A DNA stretch of 64,000 nt from an uncultured Saprospiraceae bacterium (GTDB taxonomy: Bacteria > Bacteroidota > Bacteroidia > Chitinophagales > Saprospiraceae): the NCBI GenBank assembly GCA_964458705.1, contig CAYWKD010000019.1, positions 2,193 through 66,192 of the forward strand. Reading direction: 5' to 3'. A program made the position numbers and the translations under genes. Below are positions 17,671 to 27,335 of the stretch, piece after piece. How positions within the stretch are numbered: position 1 is the first letter of the stretch; each line of letters begins with the position of its first letter. Below the pieces are notes generated by a model. The model was given only the letters and a program-made list of their open reading frames with translations, made no database searches and was not told the origin of the DNA.

Positions 17671-19320
17671 ATGAACACAAAAAAGAAACAAGGTTTTTTT
17701 GAAAATATTAAATATGACTTACCCGCTAGTGTTGTTGTATTTCTAGTGGCACTGCCACTTTGCTTAGGTATTGCATTGGCGTCTGGTGCACCACTATTTT
17801 CTGGCATCATTGCTGGTATTATTGGGGGTACGGTAGTGGCTTTATTAAGTGGTTCGCCGCTTGGGGTGAGCGGCCCTGCTGCGGGCTTGGCGGTCATTGT
17901 TTTGAATGCAATTCAAGATTTGGGTGCATTTGAAATTTTCCTTTTTGCCGTATTCATAGCAGGTCTATTTCAACTGATATTAGGCTTCTTGAAAGCTGGA
18001 ATTATTGGTTATTACTTTCCGTCTTCTGTTATTAAAGGAATGCTCGCCGGTATTGGTATCATTATTTTCCTGAAGCAAATTCCACACGCTTTCGGTTATG
18101 ACAAAGACCCCGAAGGCGATCTTGCTTTCAAACAACTAGATGGTGAAAATACTTTTAGTGAATTGTTCAATATGATAGACTATATAAGTCCAGGTGCCTT
18201 GGTTATTACTATTATATCATTGATTATTCTGATCCTCTGGGAGCAGCCTTTTATTAAAAAAGCAGCCTTTTCCAATATTATACAAGGTCCGCTAGTAGCC
18301 GTCTTGATGGGAGTTGGTCTAAATTTACTTTTCAATACTATGGAAGGTTATACACTGCGGGCTGACCAAATGGTCAATATACCAGTAGCAGGTTCTATTG
18401 CTGGTTTTTTCCAACAATTCACTTTCCCCGACTTTAGTCAGTGGAATAATCCTGAAATATATGTTATTGCAGCAACGATCGCAGTAGTCGCCAGTTTAGA
18501 GACCCTGCTTTGCGTAGAAGCTACCGACAAACTAGATCCATTTAAGAGGATAACACCTACTAACCTTGAATTAAAAGCTCAAGGAGTGGGTAACATGATT
18601 TCAGGCTTAATCGGTGGATTACCTATCACACAAGTTATTATCAGAAGTTCAACCAACATTCAGTCTGGTGGAAGAACAAAGGCTTCTGCTTTCTTTCACG
18701 GCATCCTGCTCTTGGTTTGTGTAATGACGATTCCATTTCTACTGAATTTGATTCCACTCGCTAGTTTGGCTGCCATTTTGATTATGGTGGGCTATAAATT
18801 GGCAAAACCGGTCCTATTCAAACAGATGTATGCCAAAGGCTGGATGGAGTTTATTCCATTTATGGTTACCATTATAGGAATTGTGTTTACCGATTTATTA
18901 ATCGGAATTGGTATGGGCTTGGCAGTGGCTATTTTCTTCATCCTTCGGAACAATTACAAAACTCCCTATCACTTTGATCCCGAAAAATATGTGAAAGGAG
19001 AGCCCATTTTGATTCGACTTTCAGAGGATGTAAGTTTCTTAAATAAAGCAAGCATTCAGAATACTTTAGATCACCTACCCAATGAATCTACAGTTATTAT
19101 TGATGCAGGAACAGCAAGAAGTATTCATCCTGACATTATTGAGATCATAGAAGACTTTCAGCAAAATGCTAAAATGAAGGATATTACGGTTGAGCTACAT
19201 GGCTTCGATGATTCAGAGAATCAAGACCCTGTGCAAGAATTTGGAAAGATGATCGCTCCTGCATTGATCCAGAGAGAGCAAAGCACACTGAGCAAAGCAA
19301 TAAGTCGCAATAAAAAATAA
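17671..19320 (+). CDS. SulP family inorganic anion (sulfate) transporter with STAS domain
   Basis: 549 aa with a SulP-type polytopic core (GIALASGAPLFSGIIAGIIGG... and ELKAQGVGNMISGLIGGLP) and a C-terminal STAS-like domain. Confidence 0.9.
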   Translation: MNTKKKQGFFENIKYDLPASVVVFLVALPLCLGIALASGAPLFSGIIAGIIGGTVVALLSGSPLGVSGPAAGLAVIVLNAIQDLGAFEIFLFAVFIAGLFQLILGFLKAGIIGYYFPSSVIKGMLAGIGIIIFLKQIPHAFGYDKDPEGDLAFKQLDGENTFSELFNMIDYISPGALVITIISLIILILWEQPFIKKAAFSNIIQGPLVAVLMGVGLNLLFNTMEGYTLRADQMVNIPVAGSIAGFFQQFTFPDFSQWNNPEIYVIAATIAVVASLETLLCVEATDKLDPFKRITPTNLELKAQGVGNMISGLIGGLPITQVIIRSSTNIQSGGRTKASAFFHGILLLVCVMTIPFLLNLIPLASLAAILIMVGYKLAKPVLFKQMYAKGWMEFIPFMVTIIGIVFTDLLIGIGMGLAVAIFFILRNNYKTPYHFDPEKYVKGEPILIRLSEDVSFLNKASIQNTLDHLPNESTVIIDAGTARSIHPDIIEIIEDFQQNAKMKDITVELHGFDDSENQDPVQEFGKMIAPALIQREQSTLSKAISRNKK

Positions 19321-19446
19321 TTTTTGAAAAGATGAGCGGAGGTAGCTAGCTATTTCACGCTCATCTCATTCGACTTCTACGCCGCAGCGCTTCTGATTTC
19401 CGCTTGTAGTAACTATATTTGTTTACACATTAACAATACCCTTAAT

Positions 19447-20511
19447 TTGAGACAACCTTCGAAGCGCAGTCATCAGTCAAGCTCCATTTACAATGAAATA
19501 TTGGTAACCGTCATTATGCCAGTCTATAATGCAGAAAAATACCTTCGGGAAGCCATAGACAGCATTCTCCATCAAACACATACCAACTTCGAGTTTCTCA
19601 TTTTCGATGATGGCTCTACGGATAATAGTGTAGCCATTCTCCAAACCTACACCGATGCTAGAATCCAGCTCTTTATAGATGGTCAAAACCTAGGGCAACC
19701 CAAACGCTACAACGCTGGCATCCGAGCCGCCAAAGGCAAGTACATCGCCATCATGCACGCCGACGACATTTCACTTCCCCACCGCTTCGCCACGCAAGTG
19801 ACATTTTTGGAGGAGAATGAGGAGTATGCGCTGGTGGGGAGTCGGGCGAGGTTGATTTTTGGGGAGCGCTTATCGAATAAAATGCTTGGAGTGGTTGGTG
19901 ATTATGAGTATTTGAGGTGCTATCAAATACTGAATTGTCCTTTTGTTCACTCTAGTATTATGGCATTAACGACTATTTATAGTTCTTATTTTTATGATGA
20001 AAATTATAAATCAGCAGAAGACTATGAGCTATGGTCAAGAATATTAAGGAAAGAAAAAGTAACCAATATTAGCACTCCACTCTTGAACTATAGAATGCAC
20101 TCAACAAAAAATGCCAAGAGAAACAAATCTATTCAACTTGATAATGTAAAACACATAATCAAAAACCAGTTTGAACACATGGAAATTGATCTGCCTAGTA
20201 TAGGTCTAAATTCACTCGTTCTGAACTCAAATAGCTATTTAAAATCACTAAATACACAAGAATTAGGCTCAGTAAAAATATGGTTATCTTGGACTAGAAA
20301 TGAATTTCAATCCCTGTTTGCAGATGCTGTTGTTCATCATGTTATAAAGGAAAGCTGGCTTAATACCTGTTTAAAAAGCCACAGTGGTGGCTTTAAAACG
20401 ATTACTACTTATTTTTCAAATAGTGCTCTTGTGAAATGGGATGACCCCAGAAGATTTGGAAAGTTAATCATTAAGTGTACTATCCCAAATACTCAAATCC
20501 AAGCCAGTTAA
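19447..20511 (+). CDS. family 2 glycosyltransferase with uncharacterised C-terminal extension
   Basis: The GT-A N-terminus is VTVIMPVYNAEKYL, FDDGSTD and HADD. The ORF-track start is a TTG and the exact start is uncertain. The last 170 aa or so have no recognised domain. Confidence 0.8.
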   Translation: MRQPSKRSHQSSSIYNEILVTVIMPVYNAEKYLREAIDSILHQTHTNFEFLIFDDGSTDNSVAILQTYTDARIQLFIDGQNLGQPKRYNAGIRAAKGKYIAIMHADDISLPHRFATQVTFLEENEEYALVGSRARLIFGERLSNKMLGVVGDYEYLRCYQILNCPFVHSSIMALTTIYSSYFYDENYKSAEDYELWSRILRKEKVTNISTPLLNYRMHSTKNAKRNKSIQLDNVKHIIKNQFEHMEIDLPSIGLNSLVLNSNSYLKSLNTQELGSVKIWLSWTRNEFQSLFADAVVHHVIKESWLNTCLKSHSGGFKTITTYFSNSALVKWDDPRRFGKLIIKCTIPNTQIQAS

Positions 20512-21381
20512 ATATTGCAGTTTTTTGTTGCTTTCATAGAAATAATTATTTAATTGACCTACTGCGTTGGATATATTTTCCTCTCTCAAATCATCTGCCT
20601 GAAAATGATAGTAATATTTCTTGAGGATTTTTTTGATATTAGTAGAAGGTATATTTGCACCGATATTACGAGCAAAATAGTGAATACGCTTATTTTTTAT
20701 GACTTTACTGGAAAATTTATCTACTTCGTTATACTTGCCTTCATTTATTCTATCTATTCCAAGAAACTCAAATACATTGTTTAAAGTATTACAAGGGCTT
20801 TCCTTTAGTTCTTCAAATAAGAGAATTTTTATATTATTTATATCAATTTCATTTAACCAGTAATTCAAATGATGATAATAATTGCTAAAAGATAGCTCTT
20901 GATATAAAAAATTATATTTCACACTTCTTCTAACCCAAGAATTGATAAGACTTACATCATGTTCTAGCAAAGCTTCTACATATTGGCTGAAACTAACATT
21001 TTGATTCAATATAGCATTCTCATTAACAGTAAAGTGAAAAGCAGATTTTATTCTCCATGCTGGTTGTCTTAATAAGAAAATATATTTATCATGAGGATTT
21101 TTTTTAAGATGAGACAAAATGTCGCGTTGATAGAGAAGATGAGTTGTTGCTTCCAATAGTGGCAATGAACCTTTTATTATATTTTTATTGAAAAATCTTA
21201 AGAAAGATTCATCGCTTTGATTGTGTATATTAAACTGCTTATTTAATAATGGGTAGTCTTTATCTATATAGAAAAAAGTTTCCTTGGGTCTAGAACAATT
21301 GAAAGAATCAGTGCTAGATAGTAAGTTAAATAAATAGGTTGTTCCAGCTTTGGGTGCGCCACCAATAAATACCTTCTGCAT
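20464..21381 (-). CDS. PAPS-dependent sulfotransferase family protein
   Basis: 5'-phosphosulfate-binding loop GAPKAGTTYL near the N-terminus and a 3'-phosphate-binding motif RQPAWRIKS (RxPxxRxxS). Confidence 0.8.
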   Translation of the reverse strand: MQKVFIGGAPKAGTTYLFNLLSSTDSFNCSRPKETFFYIDKDYPLLNKQFNIHNQSDESFLRFFNKNIIKGSLPLLEATTHLLYQRDILSHLKKNPHDKYIFLLRQPAWRIKSAFHFTVNENAILNQNVSFSQYVEALLEHDVSLINSWVRRSVKYNFLYQELSFSNYYHHLNYWLNEIDINNIKILLFEELKESPCNTLNNVFEFLGIDRINEGKYNEVDKFSSKVIKNKRIHYFARNIGANIPSTNIKKILKKYYYHFQADDLREENISNAVGQLNNYFYESNKKLQYLTGLDLSIWDSTLND

Positions 21382-21392
21382 TAGCTAATATT

Positions 21393-22463
21393 TTAAGCAT
21401 AAAGTGCCTCAATCTCATTTATACATTTTTCGACTGTAAAATATTCTTCAACCCTTTGCCTATTAAATTTACCAAAAGCTATTAATTGCTCAGGTTCATT
21501 TACCAGTTTAGTGATCGCATCAGCTAGAGCCTTTGGATTAGCAGGTTCGCATAAATACCCTCCTTTACCATCAATAATTAGCTCTGGAATCCCTCCAACA
21601 GTAGTCGCAATAACTGGCATTGACATAGACATTGCTTCTATAAATGATATTGGCAATCCTTCCCACAAAGAAGGAGCAACGAAAACATCGTGTTCGGATA
21701 ATATGGGTTGCACGTCTTTTATAAACCCTAAAAATGTTACGTTGCTTAATTCATACGCCACAACTTTTGCCTTTACTTCATCGCTGAGTATTCCATCTCC
21801 TACAATTGTAAGCGTAAAATGGGCTGGATTTAGTGCTTTGAGTGCCTCAATTAAATATACAACACCTTTTTGCAGGGCTAGTCGTCCCACAAAAACTAGT
21901 TTAATCGGAATTTCAATATCTTCTTTAGTTGAATATTTGAATCTATTTGCATCTACACCATTATATATTACAAATATCTTACCCCCATCAATCCCTTGAG
22001 CAATAAGTTTTTGCTTCATATCCTCAGAAACCGCTATAAATTGACTTCCCAACCACTGCATTCGTCTCAATAAGCCTACATAAGCCCAATATTTCAGATT
22101 ACTCACAGACTTGTCATCGCCCACAGTACCATGAAGATTGCTGTATATTTTTTTAGTACGAGCAAAATATGCGCTGATTGTTCCTATAATGCAAGCTCTT
22201 AACAAATGACTATGCACAATATCGGGGCTTTCTTTTACAAGAATCTTAAATATGCTATACATTATACTTAGTAGATGAGACTTGAAGTTTATCTGATAGC
22301 AGTTATCTGAATAACGCTTGAAATCATTCACATAAGCACCTGTCCTGTCGCATATAACAACCACTGTAAATTTACTACGGTCTAAATGTTTTATTACATC
22401 TATAAGATGGGTTTGTCCACCACCTAATCCAGAATCAGAGGTAATATGAACTATTTTTTTCAT
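21393..22463 (-). CDS. family 4 (GT-B) glycosyltransferase
   Basis: GT1/GT4 C-terminal motif WEGLPISFIEAMSMSMPVIATTVGGIPE. The start is placed at MKKIVHITSD (22463), which forms an ATGA start/stop overlap with the upstream GT2 gene. Confidence 0.85.
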   Translation of the reverse strand: MKKIVHITSDSGLGGGQTHLIDVIKHLDRSKFTVVVICDRTGAYVNDFKRYSDNCYQINFKSHLLSIMYSIFKILVKESPDIVHSHLLRACIIGTISAYFARTKKIYSNLHGTVGDDKSVSNLKYWAYVGLLRRMQWLGSQFIAVSEDMKQKLIAQGIDGGKIFVIYNGVDANRFKYSTKEDIEIPIKLVFVGRLALQKGVVYLIEALKALNPAHFTLTIVGDGILSDEVKAKVVAYELSNVTFLGFIKDVQPILSEHDVFVAPSLWEGLPISFIEAMSMSMPVIATTVGGIPELIIDGKGGYLCEPANPKALADAITKLVNEPEQLIAFGKFNRQRVEEYFTVEKCINEIEALYA

Positions 22464-23179
22464 GCTAAGCATTTTATTATAATACCTCTTAATAAGTACC
22501 ATCTGAAGAGCATTTTTTTCAAAATACTATATTGACTCTTTAAGCCTGTCGTACTTAAATTATGTGAATGAATCCTATGTAAAACTAGCGGCTGATTAAC
22601 AATTTTCACTTTATAAAAAGCTTCGGCTACTATTCCAATCCATTGATCCTGTAGTGGTATTTTTGATGGAAACGGTAATGCTTTTTGTAATACTTGTCGT
22701 TTAAAACAGACACAAGCACCTGTGTATGAATTTTTTATCAAATTTCTGAACAAACCTCTGTAAACCTTAGTTTCTCCCATATTGATTTCATCTTCTAATA
22801 TTATATTGTGCTCATCAATGTATAACATAGTAGAAGCTACAAAATCAAATTCCACTAACAACTGGTTACATACCTTAATTTTATCAGGCATCCAAATATC
22901 ATCTTGGTCTGCAAGATAAACATAATCACCTTTGGCCTTGACTAAGCAAAATTCAAAGTTATTTATGCACCTTTCTCTGCCGGTCCTACCTACTGGGGTA
23001 TGCTGATATAGTTTGATCCTTCTATCACTGAAAGAATTTATTTTGCTTAGAGTATTGTCACTGGAAGCATCGTCAGAAATGATTAATTCATCGCACTGAT
23101 CTAACTGAGTAAGAATTGTTTCGATTTGCTGTTCTATGAACTTTTCACCATTAAAAACAGCCATGCAGACTGACACCAT
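22460..23179 (-). CDS. family 2 glycosyltransferase
   Basis: VSVCMAVFNGEKFI, ISDDASSDNT and ADQDD (GT-A DXD). Confidence 0.8.
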   Translation of the reverse strand: MVSVCMAVFNGEKFIEQQIETILTQLDQCDELIISDDASSDNTLSKINSFSDRRIKLYQHTPVGRTGRERCINNFEFCLVKAKGDYVYLADQDDIWMPDKIKVCNQLLVEFDFVASTMLYIDEHNIILEDEINMGETKVYRGLFRNLIKNSYTGACVCFKRQVLQKALPFPSKIPLQDQWIGIVAEAFYKVKIVNQPLVLHRIHSHNLSTTGLKSQYSILKKMLFRWYLLRGIIIKCLA

Positions 23180-24024
23180 TATCCATATACAGGATTACTC
23201 AGTAAAGGACTCTTTGAATATACTTCTGCTACTCTCCTATTAATCACCTCTCGCTCCTCGTCTTTCCACCATCCCCATTTATTGAAATAGATGATGGCAC
23301 TGCGAATGTTGTGAAGCATGAGTTTAAAACTCTTATAGGAGCCTTTCGCATGATGGTGATACACACTCACCTGGGGATAGTAAACCGTTTTGAATTGCTG
23401 ATGAACTCTTCTCGATAGGTCAATATCTTCGCCATACAAGAAAAATTTCTCATCAAAACCTCCGATTTTCTCTAGTGCGCTAGTACGTAAAAACATAAAA
23501 CAACCAGAAAGATAGGGTGCTTCCATTTGCCTATCGTAATCCGCAAATCTCATTTCATATTGATAATTACTTTCCTCCACCCTTGCTCGGTCGAAGTGCA
23601 TAAACCTTCTGACGAATAAGTTGTAAGGCGTAGGAAGTAATTTGCAATTGTATTGCAGACTTCCAGAGGGATAGAGAATTTTAGGCATAACAAGTCCAAC
23701 TTCTTCATCGCACTCCATAAAGTTGGTTAATGTTTCTATAACGCCCTTATCAAAATATACATCGGGATTTAAAACTAAATGAAACTTTGACTTTATAGTA
23801 GCAAGTTGATTAATAACAATATTGTGCGCTTTACCGAACCCTAGGTTTTTTCCTGTAAAAATATATTCAATCCTGCTGTCATAACACAAATTACGGATGA
23901 TATCGGTGGGTGAGTTATCTACGACATACAGCTTTACTGCTGCATTCGTATTCAGGAAACTAAATATTGTTTGAGAGAGTTTCTCAAAATCGTTCTTGTA
24001 TGTTACAATAGTAGCTGTTAGCAC
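23179..24024 (-). CDS. family 2 glycosyltransferase (rhamnosyltransferase-like)
   Basis: TIVTYKN...VVDNSPTD and GEDIDLSRR motifs. It has a 1-nt TAATG overlap with the next GT2 gene. Confidence 0.8.
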   Translation of the reverse strand: MLTATIVTYKNDFEKLSQTIFSFLNTNAAVKLYVVDNSPTDIIRNLCYDSRIEYIFTGKNLGFGKAHNIVINQLATIKSKFHLVLNPDVYFDKGVIETLTNFMECDEEVGLVMPKILYPSGSLQYNCKLLPTPYNLFVRRFMHFDRARVEESNYQYEMRFADYDRQMEAPYLSGCFMFLRTSALEKIGGFDEKFFLYGEDIDLSRRVHQQFKTVYYPQVSVYHHHAKGSYKSFKLMLHNIRSAIIYFNKWGWWKDEEREVINRRVAEVYSKSPLLSNPVYG

Positions 24025-24272
24025 TGTTTAGATTGTTTTAGATTTGAACAATCAAATTTTTTATTATCAGATGTAATATTACCTAAAGAGTGCTATTCTT
24101 CATAGACAGCATTTCTATAAACTGCCTACTTACATAGCGTAAATTCAACTTATGAAAAAATTCAACTATCTAACAATCAGCCATTTAAAATAACTGATTC
24201 ATGCAATAGTACATACATCTTTCTTGCACAAGATACTAACTTATTCAATACATCAAAAAAAACATATTTATT

Positions 24273-25325
24273 TTATCCAGCAATCTTATTTTTTCTCATC
24301 ACAGAAAAGTAGAGCCAGCTGGATGAGGTGGCTGCTAAACCGAATATTAATAATATAAGGTTCAGTGTACCAATATTTTGTAAGCTAAAGACAAGGACAA
24401 TGAAGAATACATTGACTAAGACGAGGATAGCCGTAGCTTGCAGATGAGAGAAACCTGAATCAAGCAATAAATGGTGAATGTGAGTTCGGTCAGGACTGAA
24501 TGGGGAGCGACCTTTGAGCATACGCGTCGTGAATACGCGAAGCGTATCGAAAAGCGGCAAGATCAATATGCCGATCGCAACGGCTGGGACAGATTGGAAC
24601 GCATAAGGCGCATCTACAGGTAGCAGCTTATGGATTTCAATGAATTTGATGACTAATATAGAGCTAATCAATCCTAGCATCAATGATCCTGTATCTCCCA
24701 TGAAGATTTGTCCGCTGACATTATATCTCAGAAAGGCAACCACCGCACCTGCTGTGGCAAAAGCTACCACGCCCAACTCGGTATGCTCTGTCAAAAAAAA
24801 CCAGATGCCGAATACGCCGCAAATCAATGTGGAGATACTCCCAGAAAGCCCGTTGATGCCGTCGATTAAATTGAAGGCATTAATAATTACAATAATGGTG
24901 AATATGGAAAGGGGTATCGCAACCCAATCCGATATTTCTGTTACACCAAACAATCCGTAAAAACTAGTGATTTTAACTTCTGATTTGAACACTAGTATAG
25001 CTGCTGCCATTACTTGAGCGACTAACTTTGTGCGTGGAGCAATTTCGATAATGTCATCTTTGATGCCGACTAAAAAAATAATCAGACAAGCACAGAGAAT
25101 ATATTGAAGATTACCAAAAACGTAAAACGGTGTCCAAAGTACGATTGCAAAAATTAGTCCAGCAAAGATACCTATTCCACCTAGTGAAGGAGTAGGAGCA
25201 GTATGAGAACGCCTGCCGCCAGGAGGATCACAAAGTCCTTTTACATCGGCTACATGTATGATAGAAGGAATGGAGAAAAAAGTAAGCGCAAAAGCGGTAA
25301 TGAAGGCTAAAATCATTTCGTACAT
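24273..25325 (-). CDS. polyprenyl-phosphate HexNAc-1-phosphate transferase (MraY/WecA family)
   Basis: 350 aa, polytopic, with the NAFNLIDGINGL motif and HIHH near the C-terminus, typical of WecA/WbpL-type initiating transferases. Confidence 0.85.
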   Translation of the reverse strand: MYEMILAFITAFALTFFSIPSIIHVADVKGLCDPPGGRRSHTAPTPSLGGIGIFAGLIFAIVLWTPFYVFGNLQYILCACLIIFLVGIKDDIIEIAPRTKLVAQVMAAAILVFKSEVKITSFYGLFGVTEISDWVAIPLSIFTIIVIINAFNLIDGINGLSGSISTLICGVFGIWFFLTEHTELGVVAFATAGAVVAFLRYNVSGQIFMGDTGSLMLGLISSILVIKFIEIHKLLPVDAPYAFQSVPAVAIGILILPLFDTLRVFTTRMLKGRSPFSPDRTHIHHLLLDSGFSHLQATAILVLVNVFFIVLVFSLQNIGTLNLILLIFGLAATSSSWLYFSVMRKNKIAG

Positions 25326-25456
25326 GATAGCATGGATTGTGTCTTTGAAATCACGTTCCCTTAATTAAGGAGCTACAATTTATAACAAAAGTAAGGATAC
25401 TATCAGAAATAGTCTTAGTTTAAAGCCAATTTAAAGTACATAAGTCAAAAGTTTCA

Positions 25457-26368
25457 ATGATACTCAGCAATACATTCAGGGCTAGGATGCAAGAGCAACC
25501 ATTATTGCTACTAATGGTCTTACTGTTGATGGTGTTTTTTTGCAATTTGGTGAGTGCACTAGTAATTCAAGGTATTACAAACGTGCTACTGCTAGATTAT
25601 CAAGCAATACTTCAAAATATTAGCACAGAAAACACGCTATCTAAGCGCAACTTGCTGAGGAGTATTACCATTTTTAATCAGTTGATGACTTTCCTTGTTC
25701 CTTCTGCATTGGTAATGTGGATGGCATATCCGACAAGATGGAAGAATGAACTTTGCCTAAATCGCTCCTCGAATGCAGTGATAATCCTATTAGGCGTTCT
25801 TTTTCTATTTGCAACTTTCCCATTAGCTCAAGGAGTTTTTTCTATCAATAAATCATTACCTCTTCCAACTTCAGTGGTCGAGTTGGAAGAAAAAATAAAC
25901 TTACTTTCAAAAGCCCTGCTCGTCATGGAGTCGCCTTGGGAATTGGTGTTTAACATAATCACCATAGCAGTTATTCCAGCCATCGGCGAAGAATTATTGT
26001 TCAGAGGTGTTTTACAACAGCAGTTTGCTAGATGGCTAAAAAAGCCTGTACTGGCATTGTGGCTTGCAGCATTCATTTTCAGTGCTATTCATGGGCAGTT
26101 TCTGGGTTTTCTGCCTCGACTTTTGCTGGGGGCTGCTCTTGGCTACTTGCTGCTGTGGACGCAGAACCTTTGGATACCTATTATTGCACACTTTTTTAAT
26201 AATGCTATTCAGATTCTTGTGGCTTATTTTCGTACTGACTTGTTGGAAAGTGTCAAATTAGCACAAGAACCAACAATTCCCTTATTTCTTATGGTGGTTT
26301 CTAGTATCTTTGTATTGTATTTGGGATTCATGATTAAAAAATTAAGCAGGCATAAACTTGGTGGCTGA
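25457..26368 (+). CDS. CPBP family intramembrane glutamic endopeptidase (CAAX protease-like)
   Basis: Polytopic, with motifs GEELLFRG, FSAIHG and IAHFFNNA. Confidence 0.75.
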   Translation: MILSNTFRARMQEQPLLLLMVLLLMVFFCNLVSALVIQGITNVLLLDYQAILQNISTENTLSKRNLLRSITIFNQLMTFLVPSALVMWMAYPTRWKNELCLNRSSNAVIILLGVLFLFATFPLAQGVFSINKSLPLPTSVVELEEKINLLSKALLVMESPWELVFNIITIAVIPAIGEELLFRGVLQQQFARWLKKPVLALWLAAFIFSAIHGQFLGFLPRLLLGAALGYLLLWTQNLWIPIIAHFFNNAIQILVAYFRTDLLESVKLAQEPTIPLFLMVVSSIFVLYLGFMIKKLSRHKLGG

Positions 26369-27203
26369 ATCAACAACAACTAGAAAAGATGGGCTTCTTC
26401 AAAGAACTATCACGGCAACCTTCTTTGTTGTTATCATGCTGGGTGCTGTGTTAGGTGGTGCATACCCTTTTGTTATTGTATTTGGGTTAATTACAGGTAT
26501 TACGCTTTGGGAGTTTGCTTGCATTGTTTTCCCAGCAGAGGATATTTATCATAAAATATCGGCCGTTGTGGTTGGCATACTTCCTTATCTTTTCTTAGCG
26601 CTTTATCATTTGAACTGCCCTGGCACTTGTCAGCCAGCTATTTTGTTTTCCTCTATGATTGCTATCTTTACGCTATTCACCTCCGAGCTATACGCTCAAA
26701 GTCAAGCTCCATTTAAGAATGTTGGCATGGTACTACTAGGAGTTACTTACATTAGTTTGCCTTTTGCTCTACTTAACTTAATCGCTTTTCAAACAGGTAG
26801 TTACGAGTATAAAATTGTACTCGGCCTTATGCTTATGGTATGGACAAACGACACCGCAGCTTATGCTATTGGCAAGCGATTTGGTCACACACCTTCAATG
26901 CCCAAAATATCTCCTAAAAAAACCTGGGAAGGAACAATTGGAGGCGGTATTTTCACATTGATAGTAAGCATTGCTTTGAACCAATTATTTGATATTTTAA
27001 GCCTATTCGATTGGATTATTTTAGCTGTGATTGTAATAATATTTGGCTCTTACGGCGATTTAATTGAGTCCATGCTAAAAAGAAGTTATGGAATGAAGGA
27101 TTCGAGCAATCTACTGCCTGGGCATGGAGGCTTTCTGGATCGCTTTGATGCTTTTATTTATATGTTGCCTTTTGCTGCGACTTACTTGTTATGGATAAAA
27201 TGA
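26358..27203 (+). CDS. cdsA: phosphatidate cytidylyltransferase
   Basis: CdsA signature SMLKRSYGMKDSSNLLPGHGGFLDRFD. The gene has a non-ATG (TTG/GTG) start that overlaps the CPBP gene end. Confidence 0.9.
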   Translation: MVAESTTTRKDGLLQRTITATFFVVIMLGAVLGGAYPFVIVFGLITGITLWEFACIVFPAEDIYHKISAVVVGILPYLFLALYHLNCPGTCQPAILFSSMIAIFTLFTSELYAQSQAPFKNVGMVLLGVTYISLPFALLNLIAFQTGSYEYKIVLGLMLMVWTNDTAAYAIGKRFGHTPSMPKISPKKTWEGTIGGGIFTLIVSIALNQLFDILSLFDWIILAVIVIIFGSYGDLIESMLKRSYGMKDSSNLLPGHGGFLDRFDAFIYMLPFAATYLLWIK

Positions 27204-27335
27204 ATTCAATACTTTTCCCATCAAATAATTGTTCGTAGTTATCTGTTCACTTTCGTGTATTTGATTCAAAATATTGATAAACAATTAGTTATTAAAGCTG
27301 ACCTCTCAACTATCCCTCAAAAATAATACTCTGAT

